From Acidisphaera sp. (GTDB taxonomy: Bacteria; Pseudomonadota; Alphaproteobacteria; Acetobacterales; Acetobacteraceae), in contig JAFAYM010000161.1 in assembly GCA_019240395.1 (NCBI GenBank), positions 26,789 through 90,788 on the forward strand: a DNA stretch of 64,000 nt, given 5' to 3'. Below, piece by piece: positions 16,621 through 25,287 of this stretch. A program made the translations under genes and the position numbers. Position 1 is the first letter of the stretch; each line of letters begins with the position of its first letter. The notes beneath the pieces were generated by a model. That model was given only the letters and a program-made list of their open reading frames with translations, did no database searches and was not told the DNA's origin.

Positions 16621-19529
16621 GCGGCGCGATCCCCTTCACCCGGCGGCAGTGGCGCAGCCTCGACGAGATCGCCGGGGATGCCGACTTCCTGGCCCGCGCG
16701 GCGCAGGAGTTCCCCGCCCTCGCCGAGGGGCTGGCCCGGCCGGAGAGCCGGCGGCGTGTGCTCAAGCTGATGGCAGCGAGCCTGGCGCTGGCCGGCCTCG
16801 GCGGCTGCGATCCCGGCAGTCCCGCGGGCAAGCTGGTGCCCGCCGTTGTGGCGCCGCCGGACATCGTCGCGGCGCTGCCGAATTTCTATGCCGGCGCCGA
16901 TCTCGCGACCGGCTACGCCGACGGCATCATCGTCGAGCAGGTGATGGGCCGGCCGATCAAGGTGGAGGGCAACCCGAACCACCCCGCCAGCCTCGGCGCG
17001 ACGAGCATCCATGGCCAGGCGACCATTCTCGATTTCTACGATCCCGATCGCGCCGCCGGCATCTCCCGCCCCGGCCCAGCCGGCACTCGCCAGCCCGCCG
17101 ATCTGCAGGATCTGCTGCTGGCGCTGTCGCTGGAGCGGGCGCGCTTCGCCGACCGGCACGGCGCGGGCTTGCGCATCCTGACCGGCAGCGTCGCCTCGCC
17201 GACGCTCGCGACGCAGCTCGATGCGCTGCTGCGCCAGTATCCGCAGGCGCAGTGGCATCAGTGGGACGCGATCTCGCGCGACCGCGCCCGCGCCGGCGCG
17301 ATGCTGGCCTATGGCCGCGCCGTCGAGACCGTGCCGCACCCCGACGCCGCCGACGTGATCCTGGCGATCGACAGCGACCTGCTCGGCGGGGCACCCGGCC
17401 ATCTCCGGCTGGCCCGGGAATTCGCCTCCCGCCGCAATCCGGCGCGCACCCGGGCGATGAGCCGCGTCTATGCCGTCGAGCCGACGCCCACCCTCATCGG
17501 CACCGCCGCCGACCACCGCTTCGTCGCCGGGCCGGCCGCGCTGCACGCCGTGATGGCCGGGCTCGCCGCAGGTATCCTGCGCAATGAGACGCCGTCGGAT
17601 GGCCCGCCCTGGCTCGGCCCGGTGATCGCCGATCTGCGCGCCGCCCACGGCCGGGCGCTGGTGCATGTCGGCCCCGATCAGCCGGCCGAGACGCATGCGC
17701 TGGCGCACGCCTTGAACGAGGCGCTGGGCGGCCGCGGCAGTACCGTCACGGTGATCGAGCCGGTGCTGCACGATGCGGTCGAGCAGGCGGCCTCGCTGCG
17801 CACGCTGGTCGAGGACATGCAGGCCGGGCGCGTCGATGCGCTGATCATTCTCGACGGCAATCCGGTGTTCGCCGGGCCGGCGGACTTCGCCCACGGCCTC
17901 GCGCGCGTGCGGTTCAGCCTGGCGATGACGCCGATGCCCGACGAGACCGGCCAGGCCGTCACCTGGTCGGTTCCGCGGACCCATCCCTTCGAGACCTGGA
18001 GCGATGCGCGGGCCTTCGACGGCACTGCCACGATCATCCAGCCGCAGGCGCTGCCGCTCTATGGCGGCCTGAGCCCGCACGAGATCCTGGCCTTGCTGGC
18101 CGGACCGCAGCCGGCGTCGCCGCGCGACCTCGTGCGGCAGACGTGGCAGCCCGCGATGTCCGGCGATTTCGAGCAGGCCTGGCACGACGCGCTGGCCGGC
18201 GGCGTCGTGCCGAACACCGCCGCCGCCCGCGCCGCCGACACCCTGCGTCCGCAGGCCGCGCAGGTGATGCCCCCGACACCCCCGGCAGCGGTCGCCCTGC
18301 TGTTCCGCCCCGACCCCAACCTGCTCGACGGGCGCTACGCCAACAACGCCTGGCTTCAGGAGCTGCCTCGCCCGCTCACCAAGCTGGTCTGGGACAACCC
18401 GCTGCTGATCCCGCCCGCGCTCGCGGCGCAACACCAGCTGGTCAACGGCGACGTCGCGCGCCTTTCCGCCGCCGGCGTGCATGTCGAGGCGCCGGTCTGG
18501 ATCGCCCCCGGCCAGGCCGCGGAGTGCGTCGTGGCCCTGCTCGGCTATGGCAGGCGCATCGTCGGCACGGTCGGCGCCGGCACCGGCTTCGATTTCTTCC
18601 CGCTGCGCGACGCCGGCCCGCCCGGCACGCTGATCATCGAAAAGACCGGCCGCCACGCGGCGCTTGCCAGCACGGACCACCACAATGTGCTGGCAGCCGA
18701 CGCCGGGCCGCGCGACATCGTCCGCCACGGCGCGCTTGCGGACTACCTGAAGGACCCCCGCTTCCTGCAGGAACGCCAACCCGTCGAGACCTTGTACCAG
18801 AGCCGGCCGAAGCTCAGCGCGCAGGCCTGGGGCATGAGCATCGACCTCAATTCCTGCATCGGCTGCAACGCCTGCGTCGTCGCCTGCATGGCTGAGAACA
18901 ACGTCCCCGTCGTCGGCAAGCAGCAGGTGCTGGCCGAGCGCGAGATGCACTGGCTGCGCATCGACCGCTACTACGAAGGGCCCGCCGAGGCGCCGGACAG
19001 CTTCTTCCAGCCGATGCTCTGCATGCACTGCGAGGAAGCGCCGTGCGAGACCGTCTGCCCCGTCGGCGCCACCGTGCACGACCACGAGGGACTGAACGTG
19101 CAGATCTATAACCGCTGCATCGGCACCCGCTTCTGCTCCAACAACTGCCCCTACAAGGTGCGGCGCTTCAATTTCTTCGCCTTCGCCGGCGAGGAGCATC
19201 GCCCGCCGATCTCGCGCAACCCCGATGTCACGGTGCGGGCGCGCGGCGTGATGGAGAAATGCACGTTCTGCCTGCAGCGCATCGCCGAGGCGCGCATCGC
19301 CGCGGATCGCGACAACCGCCCGATCCGCGACGGCGAAGTGGTCACCGCCTGCCAGGCCGCCTGCCCGACACGGGCCTTCGCCTTCGGCAACATCAACGAC
19401 TCGGCGAGCGAGGTGGCGAAACGCAAGCAGAGCCCGCTCGATTACGGCCTGCTCACCGAGGAGGCGACGCATCCACGGGTCAGCTACGAGGCACGGATCC
19501 GCAATCGCAATCCGGGGATTGCGGGATGA
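16617..19529 (+). CDS. actB: Alternative Complex III subunit ActB (molybdopterin-oxidoreductase-like domain fused to a 4Fe-4S cluster domain)
   Basis: ATG 16617 overlaps the actA stop (ATGA). Tat-like signal SRRRVLKLMAASLALAGLGGC. C-terminal ferredoxin motifs are CIGCNACVVAC, CMHCEEAPCETVCP, CIGTRFCSNNCPYKVRRFN and CTFC. Confidence 0.85.
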   Translation: MSGAIPFTRRQWRSLDEIAGDADFLARAAQEFPALAEGLARPESRRRVLKLMAASLALAGLGGCDPGSPAGKLVPAVVAPPDIVAALPNFYAGADLATGYADGIIVEQVMGRPIKVEGNPNHPASLGATSIHGQATILDFYDPDRAAGISRPGPAGTRQPADLQDLLLALSLERARFADRHGAGLRILTGSVASPTLATQLDALLRQYPQAQWHQWDAISRDRARAGAMLAYGRAVETVPHPDAADVILAIDSDLLGGAPGHLRLAREFASRRNPARTRAMSRVYAVEPTPTLIGTAADHRFVAGPAALHAVMAGLAAGILRNETPSDGPPWLGPVIADLRAAHGRALVHVGPDQPAETHALAHALNEALGGRGSTVTVIEPVLHDAVEQAASLRTLVEDMQAGRVDALIILDGNPVFAGPADFAHGLARVRFSLAMTPMPDETGQAVTWSVPRTHPFETWSDARAFDGTATIIQPQALPLYGGLSPHEILALLAGPQPASPRDLVRQTWQPAMSGDFEQAWHDALAGGVVPNTAAARAADTLRPQAAQVMPPTPPAAVALLFRPDPNLLDGRYANNAWLQELPRPLTKLVWDNPLLIPPALAAQHQLVNGDVARLSAAGVHVEAPVWIAPGQAAECVVALLGYGRRIVGTVGAGTGFDFFPLRDAGPPGTLIIEKTGRHAALASTDHHNVLAADAGPRDIVRHGALADYLKDPRFLQERQPVETLYQSRPKLSAQAWGMSIDLNSCIGCNACVVACMAENNVPVVGKQQVLAEREMHWLRIDRYYEGPAEAPDSFFQPMLCMHCEEAPCETVCPVGATVHDHEGLNVQIYNRCIGTRFCSNNCPYKVRRFNFFAFAGEEHRPPISRNPDVTVRARGVMEKCTFCLQRIAEARIAADRDNRPIRDGEVVTACQAACPTRAFAFGNINDSASEVAKRKQSPLDYGLLTEEATHPRVSYEARIRNRNPGIAG

Positions 19530-19545
19530 ACGAACGCAAGCGAGC

Positions 19546-19672
19546 AAGGCGAAGGGGGCTTTGCCCCCCTCGACCCCCCATCAAAGGCGGAGCCTTTGAA
19601 ATCCGTTCCTTAAGTAATGGGGTCTGGGGCCGACGGGCCCCAGCGGGGTCGAGGGGCAGAGCCCCTCGCCTT
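19546..19672. repeat. Family A MITE-like element, full-length copy with terminal inverted repeats
   Basis: Left arm AAGGCGAAGGGGGCTTTGCCCCCCTCGACCCC, hairpin CAAAGGC-GGA-GCCTTTG, CTTAAG core, hairpin CTGGGGCC-GACG-GGCCCCAG, right arm GGGGTCGAGGGGCAGAGCCCCTCGCCTT. It occupies the actB-actC gap. Confidence 0.9.
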
Positions 19673-19678
19673 CGTTAG

Positions 19679-21037
19679 ATGAGCGGCGCCCAACTTCCCA
19701 TGCAGCCGGTGGTCGATCCGCAGGAAACCGCGGGGTCGATGACCGACCGGGTCTGCGCCATCGCGCTGCGAGAGCGCGCGTTCCTCTGGTGGTGGCTGCT
19801 GATGATCCCGTCGGCCGCCCTCTCCGGCCTGCTCGTCGCCGCCGTGTTCTGGCTGTTCTATGCCGGCGTCGGCATCTGGGGCATCGACTGGCCGGTGATG
19901 TGGGGCCTGGCCATCCTCAACTACGTCTGGTGGATCGGCATCGCCAGCGGCGGTACTTTCATTTCCGCCATGTTTTTTCTCGTGCGCGTGGAATGGCGCA
20001 CTTCGATAAACCGCATCGCCGAGTCGATGACGCTGTTCGCCGCCGCCTGTGCCGGCATCTACCCGATCCTGCATCTCGGCCGTCCCTGGTTCTTCTACTG
20101 GCTGTTTCCCTATCCCAACACGATGACGCTGTGGCCGCAGTTCCGCAGCCCGCTGTTCTGGGATTTCTGCGCCATCTTCGCCTACGTGCTCTCCTCCATC
20201 CTGTTCTGGTATCTCGGCGCCATGCCCGACATGGCCTCGATGCGCGACCGGGCGACGCGACGTGGCCAGCAGATCTTTTACGGTGTGCTGGCCATGGGCT
20301 TTCGCGGCACCGCCCGGGAGTGGCGCGACTTCCGCGCCGCCTATGCCGTGCTGGCGGCGATCATGGCGCCGATGGTCTGCTCCGTGCACAGCATCGTCGG
20401 CCTCGATTTCGCCGGAGCGCAGACGACGGGATGGCACTCCACCGAGTTCCCGCCCTTCTTCGTGTTCGGCGCCGTCCTCTCCGGCTTCGGCATGGTGCTG
20501 TTCCTCATCCTGCCGCTGCGCCGGCTGCTGCGGCTGGAATCCTTCATCACCGCCCGGCACATGGAAGTGCTGGCCCGCCTGCTGCTGACCAGCAGTCTCT
20601 GCCTCGCCTACGCGTACATCATGGACGCCTTCAACGCCTTCTACACGGGCGACGTGTCCGAACGGATCTTCTTTCACGACCGCATCAGCGGCGTCTACGC
20701 CGGGGTCTACTGGTGGACGCTCTTTCTCAACATCGTCGTACCGCAGCTGCTCTGGTGGCGCCGCCTGCGCCTCAACCAGCCGCTGGTCTGGCTGGTCGGC
20801 CTCGCGGTCATCGTGGGCATGTGGCTCGAGCGCTACGGCATCGTCGTGGTCAGCCTGCATCGCACCAAGCTGCCCTCCGCCTGGGGCAACTACGCCGCCA
20901 GCTTCTGGGACTGGGCGACGCTCGCCGGGACCGTCGGCCTGTTTTTCACCGGCATGCTGCTGGTGGTGCGGCTGGTGCCGATCCTCTCCATGTTCGAGAT
21001 GCGCGAGCTGCTCGCGAATGCGAGACGGCAGGGATGA
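19679..21037 (+). CDS. actC: Alternative Complex III subunit ActC (NrfD/PsrC-like quinol-interacting membrane subunit)
   Basis: 452 aa, about 10 TM. NrfD-like pattern (WGIDWPVMWGLAILNYVWWIGIASGG, LHLGRPWFFYW). Alternative ATG at 19739. Confidence 0.85.
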   Translation: MSGAQLPMQPVVDPQETAGSMTDRVCAIALRERAFLWWWLLMIPSAALSGLLVAAVFWLFYAGVGIWGIDWPVMWGLAILNYVWWIGIASGGTFISAMFFLVRVEWRTSINRIAESMTLFAAACAGIYPILHLGRPWFFYWLFPYPNTMTLWPQFRSPLFWDFCAIFAYVLSSILFWYLGAMPDMASMRDRATRRGQQIFYGVLAMGFRGTAREWRDFRAAYAVLAAIMAPMVCSVHSIVGLDFAGAQTTGWHSTEFPPFFVFGAVLSGFGMVLFLILPLRRLLRLESFITARHMEVLARLLLTSSLCLAYAYIMDAFNAFYTGDVSERIFFHDRISGVYAGVYWWTLFLNIVVPQLLWWRRLRLNQPLVWLVGLAVIVGMWLERYGIVVVSLHRTKLPSAWGNYAASFWDWATLAGTVGLFFTGMLLVVRLVPILSMFEMRELLANARRQG

Positions 21038-21537
21038 GCGGCGTGCTGGCTGCCTTCGCCGACGAGGCGGCGCTGGAGGAGGCGACCATGCGCCTCTCCC
21101 TCGTCCCCGCGTGCCGGCTGCAGACCTATACGCCGCGCCCGCTCGAGGATGATCCGCCGCGCAGTCGGCTGCCCCTGGTGATCCTGCTCGCCGGCATGCT
21201 GAGTGCTGCCGCCATCTTCGGCATGGAAACCTACGCCGACACCGCGAGCTACCCGCTCGATATCGGTGGACGTCCGCTTTTCTCCTGGCCCTCGCTCGTG
21301 CCGATGGCCTTCGAGGGCGGCGCTCTCGCCGCCGTCGCCGCCGGCTTCTTCGGCTTCCTGATCGCCAACCGCCTGCCGCATCTGCACGACCCCGTGGACG
21401 AAAGCGAAGGCTTCCGCCGCGCCACCCGCGACTGGTATTTCCTCGCCATCCGCGCACCGGATGCCGCGGCGCTGGCCGAGGCCCTGAGCATCCTGGACGA
21501 ACTCCACCCCGAGCTTGTCGAGGAGCTGCCGGCGTGA
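21034..21537 (+). CDS. actD: Alternative Complex III subunit ActD-like (DUF3341-type)
   Basis: ATG 21034 overlaps the actC stop (ATGA). 167 aa with a soluble N-terminal part (VLAAFADEAALEEA) and two TM segments. Assignment rests on position in the act order. Confidence 0.65.
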   Translation: MSGVLAAFADEAALEEATMRLSLVPACRLQTYTPRPLEDDPPRSRLPLVILLAGMLSAAAIFGMETYADTASYPLDIGGRPLFSWPSLVPMAFEGGALAAVAAGFFGFLIANRLPHLHDPVDESEGFRRATRDWYFLAIRAPDAAALAEALSILDELHPELVEELPA

Positions 21538-22025
21538 GGCGTCCCCTCCTGCTCCTCCTGCTGCTGCTGCCGCTCGCCGCCTGCGACGACATGACCGCGC
21601 AGCCCAAGAGGAACGCCTATGCCGACCCGTCCGTGGCACCCGGGCGCGTGCCGACCGACAGCGTGAGCTGGCGTGATCACTCCACCGCACCGCCGCCGCT
21701 CACCCTCGCGCTGATCGAGCGCGGCCAGCAGCGCTTCCGCATCGACTGCACGCCCTGCCACTCCGAGCTCGGCGACGGCAACGGCATGATCGTGCAGCGT
21801 GGCTTTCCGCAGCCGCCCTCCTATCAGGAGGACCGGCTGCGCGCCGCGCCGCCGCAGCATTTCTACGACGTCATCACCAACGGCCACGGCGCAATGTACA
21901 GCTTCGCGCAGCGCGTGGCGCCGGAGGATCGCTGGGCGATCGCCGCCTACATCAAGGCGCTGCAGCGCAGCCAGCACGCGGCAATCGCCGACCTCACCGC
22001 GGCCGAGAGGGCGGCCCTGCCATGA
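21534..22025 (+). CDS. actE: Alternative Complex III subunit ActE (monohaem cytochrome c lipoprotein)
   Basis: GTG 21534 overlaps the actD stop (GTGA). Lipobox LPLAAC, a single CTPCH haem motif and distal NGHGAMYSF. Confidence 0.75.
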   Translation: MRRPLLLLLLLLPLAACDDMTAQPKRNAYADPSVAPGRVPTDSVSWRDHSTAPPPLTLALIERGQQRFRIDCTPCHSELGDGNGMIVQRGFPQPPSYQEDRLRAAPPQHFYDVITNGHGAMYSFAQRVAPEDRWAIAAYIKALQRSQHAAIADLTAAERAALP

Positions 22026-23074
22026 GCCGTGCTGAACGCGACGCCTGGATCGCCGGCATCATCGGGCTGGCCGGCGCGCTGATCGGCTGGGTCGTCGCGC
22101 CGTCGCAGGTTCCGCACGCCTGGCTCGCCGCGCTGACCGCCTGGATCGGCTGGCCGCTCGGCAGCATGGCCCTCCTGCTTACCCACGCGCTGACCGGCGG
22201 CCGCTGGGGCTACGCCGTCCGTCCCGCCCTGGTCGGCGGCGTGTGCAGCCTGCCGCTGCTGATCCCGGCGCTCATCCCCTTCCTGCTCACCATGCCGGCC
22301 CTCTATCCCTGGACGCATGCCGACACGGCGTCCCACCTGGCCAACCATTTCTACCTCAACGTCCCCTTCTTCGCCGGGCGCGGGATCGTCTATCTCCTCG
22401 TCTGGTTCGGCCTGGCCGGCCTGATCCTGCGCGCGCTGCGCAGCGCCGAGGCCGACCCGATGCTCGAGCGGCTGGCGCCCGCCGGGCTGATCCTGCTGGC
22501 GCTGACCGTGACCTTCGCCGCAATCGACACGACGATGTCGCTCGATCCGGATTTCAGCTCCAGCGCCTACGGCATGATCGCCGCCGCCGGCGCCGGGCTG
22601 TTCGCACTGGCGGTCGCGGTGCTGCTGACCGCGGCCGCGCTGCCGCCCGCCGAGATCCGCGCCGATCTGGGCAAGCTGCTGCTCGGGCTGGTGGTGCTCT
22701 GGGCCTATCTCGACTTCATGCAGGTGCTCATCGTCTGGCAGTCCGACCTGGCCAGCGAAGCGCCCTGGTACAGCGTCCGCTCCACGCCGTTCTGGGCGGT
22801 GATCGCCGCTTTGGTGGCAGCGGCGCATTTCGCGCTGCCCTTCGCCATGCTGCTGTCGCCGGCATTGCAGCGATCGCGGCGCTGCATGCTGTGCGTCGCC
22901 GGCCTGCTGATCGTCGCCGAAATCCTTTATTCCTGGTGGCTGGTGCTGCCGGCCGCCCCGCGCGGCCTGCGCCTGATCGATCCGGCCGCGATGCTGGCCT
23001 TCGGCGGCTGCGGCGTCGGCCTGGCGCTGCGGCTGCGCCCGCGCCCTCTGGCGGCGGTGGCGCACCATGGCTGA
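22022..23074 (+). CDS. actF: Alternative Complex III subunit ActF (second NrfD-like membrane subunit)
   Basis: ATG 22022 overlaps the actE stop (ATGA). 350 aa polytopic protein at the position of actF. Confidence 0.7.
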   Translation: MSRAERDAWIAGIIGLAGALIGWVVAPSQVPHAWLAALTAWIGWPLGSMALLLTHALTGGRWGYAVRPALVGGVCSLPLLIPALIPFLLTMPALYPWTHADTASHLANHFYLNVPFFAGRGIVYLLVWFGLAGLILRALRSAEADPMLERLAPAGLILLALTVTFAAIDTTMSLDPDFSSSAYGMIAAAGAGLFALAVAVLLTAAALPPAEIRADLGKLLLGLVVLWAYLDFMQVLIVWQSDLASEAPWYSVRSTPFWAVIAALVAAAHFALPFAMLLSPALQRSRRCMLCVAGLLIVAEILYSWWLVLPAAPRGLRLIDPAAMLAFGGCGVGLALRLRPRPLAAVAHHG

Positions 23075-23504
23075 GCTCGAACGCCTGCCGCCGGCGCAGC
23101 ACGAAACGCGCGACGTCACTTGGCGCTTCTTCGTCATCGGCACGGTCGGCATGCTGGTCACCCTGGCGCTGCTCGCCGGGCTGTCCGCCCTGCTCTATCC
23201 CGCGTCGCTGACCGACCGCACGCTCCTCGGCCGCCTGCCGCCGAGCCCCAGCCCCGCGTTGCAGAGCAGCCCGCGCGCCGACATGGATCGCTTCCGGCGG
23301 GAGGAGATGCAGCGCCTGGACAGCGCGGGCTGGGTGGACCGTGCGCACGGCCTCGTGCACATCCCGATCGCCGAGGCGATGCGCAAGGTGGCGCAGGAGG
23401 GCATCGCGGACTGGCCCGGCCCGGCGGCGCCGAGCCCGGTCGATCCGAGCCAAGCCGGCCAGATCCAGGAAGGCGCGCCGCGCACCGCGCCGAGCCCGCA
23501 ATGA
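23067..23504 (+). CDS. Single-pass membrane protein of unknown function inside the ACIII-oxidase cluster (possible ActG/ActH-type accessory subunit)
   Basis: 145 aa with one TM (FFVIGTVGMLVTLALLAGLSALL). It overlaps the actF stop by 8 nt and the SCO1 start by 4 nt (ATGA), so it is very likely translated. No motif was recognised. Confidence 0.5.
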   Translation: MAELERLPPAQHETRDVTWRFFVIGTVGMLVTLALLAGLSALLYPASLTDRTLLGRLPPSPSPALQSSPRADMDRFRREEMQRLDSAGWVDRAHGLVHIPIAEAMRKVAQEGIADWPGPAAPSPVDPSQAGQIQEGAPRTAPSPQ

Positions 23505-24268
23505 CACGCCTGCTGCTTCTCCTGCTCCTGCTTGCCACCCCGGCCTGGGCGGTGCCCGATCTCTCGGGCTTCGCCTATCAGCAGCGCCAGGGCTCGGCGC
23601 TGCCGGCCGACGCCGAGTTCCGCGACGAATCGGGAAAAGCCGTCCGGCTCGGCGAGCTGCTTGGGCGCCCGGTCATCCTCGTCCTCGGCTATTTCCACTG
23701 CCCCAATCTCTGCGGCGTAGTGCGCGACGACCTGTTCTCCGCCCTCGCCGGATCGGGGCTGCGCACACCTGCGGACTACACGCTCGTGGCACTCAGCATC
23801 GACCCGGCGGAGACCGCCGCCGACGCCGCCGCGGCGAAAGCCGCCGACCTCGCGCGCTTCCCCACAGAAGGCGCGGATCGCGGCTGGCACTTCCTCACCG
23901 GCAGCGCCGAGGCGGTGCAGCGCGTCGCCGACGCGGTCGGCTTCCGCGACGCGTTCGACCCTCGGTTCAAGCAGTTCATCCACCCCGCGGGCGCGGTGTT
24001 CGCAACCGGCTCGGGCGTCGTCTCGGGCTATCTGCTCGGCGTCGGCTACCAGCCCGGCGACGTCCGCGCGGCCGTGCTGCGCGCCGGCAGCGGCGGCATC
24101 GCCCGGGCGAGCCTGCCGGTGCTGCTGCTCTGCTTCCACTACGACCCGGCTACCGGCCGCTACACGCTGGCCATCACGCGCCTGTACCAGATTGCCGCCG
24201 GGCTCTTCGTCCTGACCGCCGGCGGATTGCTGGTGGTCGCCTTCCGCTGGGAGCGCCGCCGCGCATGA
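23501..24268 (+). CDS. SCO1/SenC copper chaperone (thioredoxin fold)
   Basis: Signal peptide MTRLLLLLLLLATPAWA, CXXXC motif GYFHCPNLCGVV, and a conserved His region FIHPAGAVF. Confidence 0.85.
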   Translation: MTRLLLLLLLLATPAWAVPDLSGFAYQQRQGSALPADAEFRDESGKAVRLGELLGRPVILVLGYFHCPNLCGVVRDDLFSALAGSGLRTPADYTLVALSIDPAETAADAAAAKAADLARFPTEGADRGWHFLTGSAEAVQRVADAVGFRDAFDPRFKQFIHPAGAVFATGSGVVSGYLLGVGYQPGDVRAAVLRAGSGGIARASLPVLLLCFHYDPATGRYTLAITRLYQIAAGLFVLTAGGLLVVAFRWERRRA

Positions 24269-25284
24269 GCTTCTCGCTGCCGGCGGCATCGTCCAACGCG
24301 CCCGAGGTGGACGCGCTGCTCGCGGCATTGCTGCTGATGAGCTGCGCCGTGCTGGCGCTGGTTTTCGGCCTGATGTTCTTCTACGTCGTCCGCTATCGCG
24401 CCGGCAGCCGCATCGACCGCGGTGCGCTCGCCGAGCGGACCTTCCGCTTCGAGATCAGCTGGACCGCGGCGACCCTGGCGATCTTCTTCGGCCTGTTCCT
24501 CTGGGGAGCCGACCTCTACGTCCGGCTGTTCGAGCCGCCGGCCGACGCATTGAAAGTCTACGTCGTCGGCAAGCAGTGGATGTGGAAGGTGGAACACCCC
24601 GGCGGCCAGCGCGAGATCGACACGCTGCACGTCCCGGCAGACCAGCCGATCGAGCTGGTGATGACCTCCGAGGACGTCATCCACGATTTCTCGGTGCCCG
24701 CCTTCCGGCTCAAGCGCGACGTGGTGCCCGGCCGCTACGAGACGCTGTGGTTCCGCGCCGACCGGCCCGGCACCTACCATCTCTACTGCGACCAGTTCTG
24801 CGGCACCGACCACGCCCATATGGTCGGCGAGGTCGTCGTGCTCAGCGGGCCGGACTATCGCAAATGGCTGAGCGTCACGCCGGGCAGCGAGACGCTGGCG
24901 GCGCAGGGCCAGGCGCTGTTCATTCATTTCGGCTGCAGCGGCTGCCACGGCGGCAACGGCGCCGGCAGCTACGGCGGCCCCGGCGGCAGTCCGCCCGGCA
25001 GCACCGGGCAGGCCCCGGCGCCGTCCTACAGCACGGTGCGCGCGCCGCCGCTGGTCGGCCTCTACGGCAGCCCGGTGCCGCTCTCCGACGGCAGTGTCGT
25101 GATCGCCGACGATCGCTACATCAGGGATTCGATCCTCGATCCCGGCGCGCAGATCGTCGCGAGCTACCAGAACGTCATGCCGTCCTTCGCCGGCCAGATC
25201 AGCGAGGAGGACCTCGTGAAGCTCATCGCCTACATCAAGTCGCTCGGCGCCCAGCGCGCCGATGCCGGCCAGACCGGGGGCTGA
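24265..25284 (+). CDS. ctaC: Cytochrome c oxidase subunit II with fused C-terminal cytochrome c domain (caa3 type)
   Basis: Two N-terminal TM segments, CuA site HLYCDQFCGTDHAHM, then CSGCH plus distal MPSF. ATG 24265 overlaps the SCO1 stop (ATGA). Confidence 0.9.
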   Translation: MSFSLPAASSNAPEVDALLAALLLMSCAVLALVFGLMFFYVVRYRAGSRIDRGALAERTFRFEISWTAATLAIFFGLFLWGADLYVRLFEPPADALKVYVVGKQWMWKVEHPGGQREIDTLHVPADQPIELVMTSEDVIHDFSVPAFRLKRDVVPGRYETLWFRADRPGTYHLYCDQFCGTDHAHMVGEVVVLSGPDYRKWLSVTPGSETLAAQGQALFIHFGCSGCHGGNGAGSYGGPGGSPPGSTGQAPAPSYSTVRAPPLVGLYGSPVPLSDGSVVIADDRYIRDSILDPGAQIVASYQNVMPSFAGQISEEDLVKLIAYIKSLGAQRADAGQTGG

Positions 25285-25287
25285 CGC

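Noticed and set aside
16611-19547. 978-aa minus-strand ORF opposite actB (and the similar 959-aa ORF at 24160..27039 opposite coxII/coxI)
   Set aside because: These are shadow ORFs of strongly supported plus-strand genes, with Arg/Gly/Ala/Asp-rich composition and no domain signatures.
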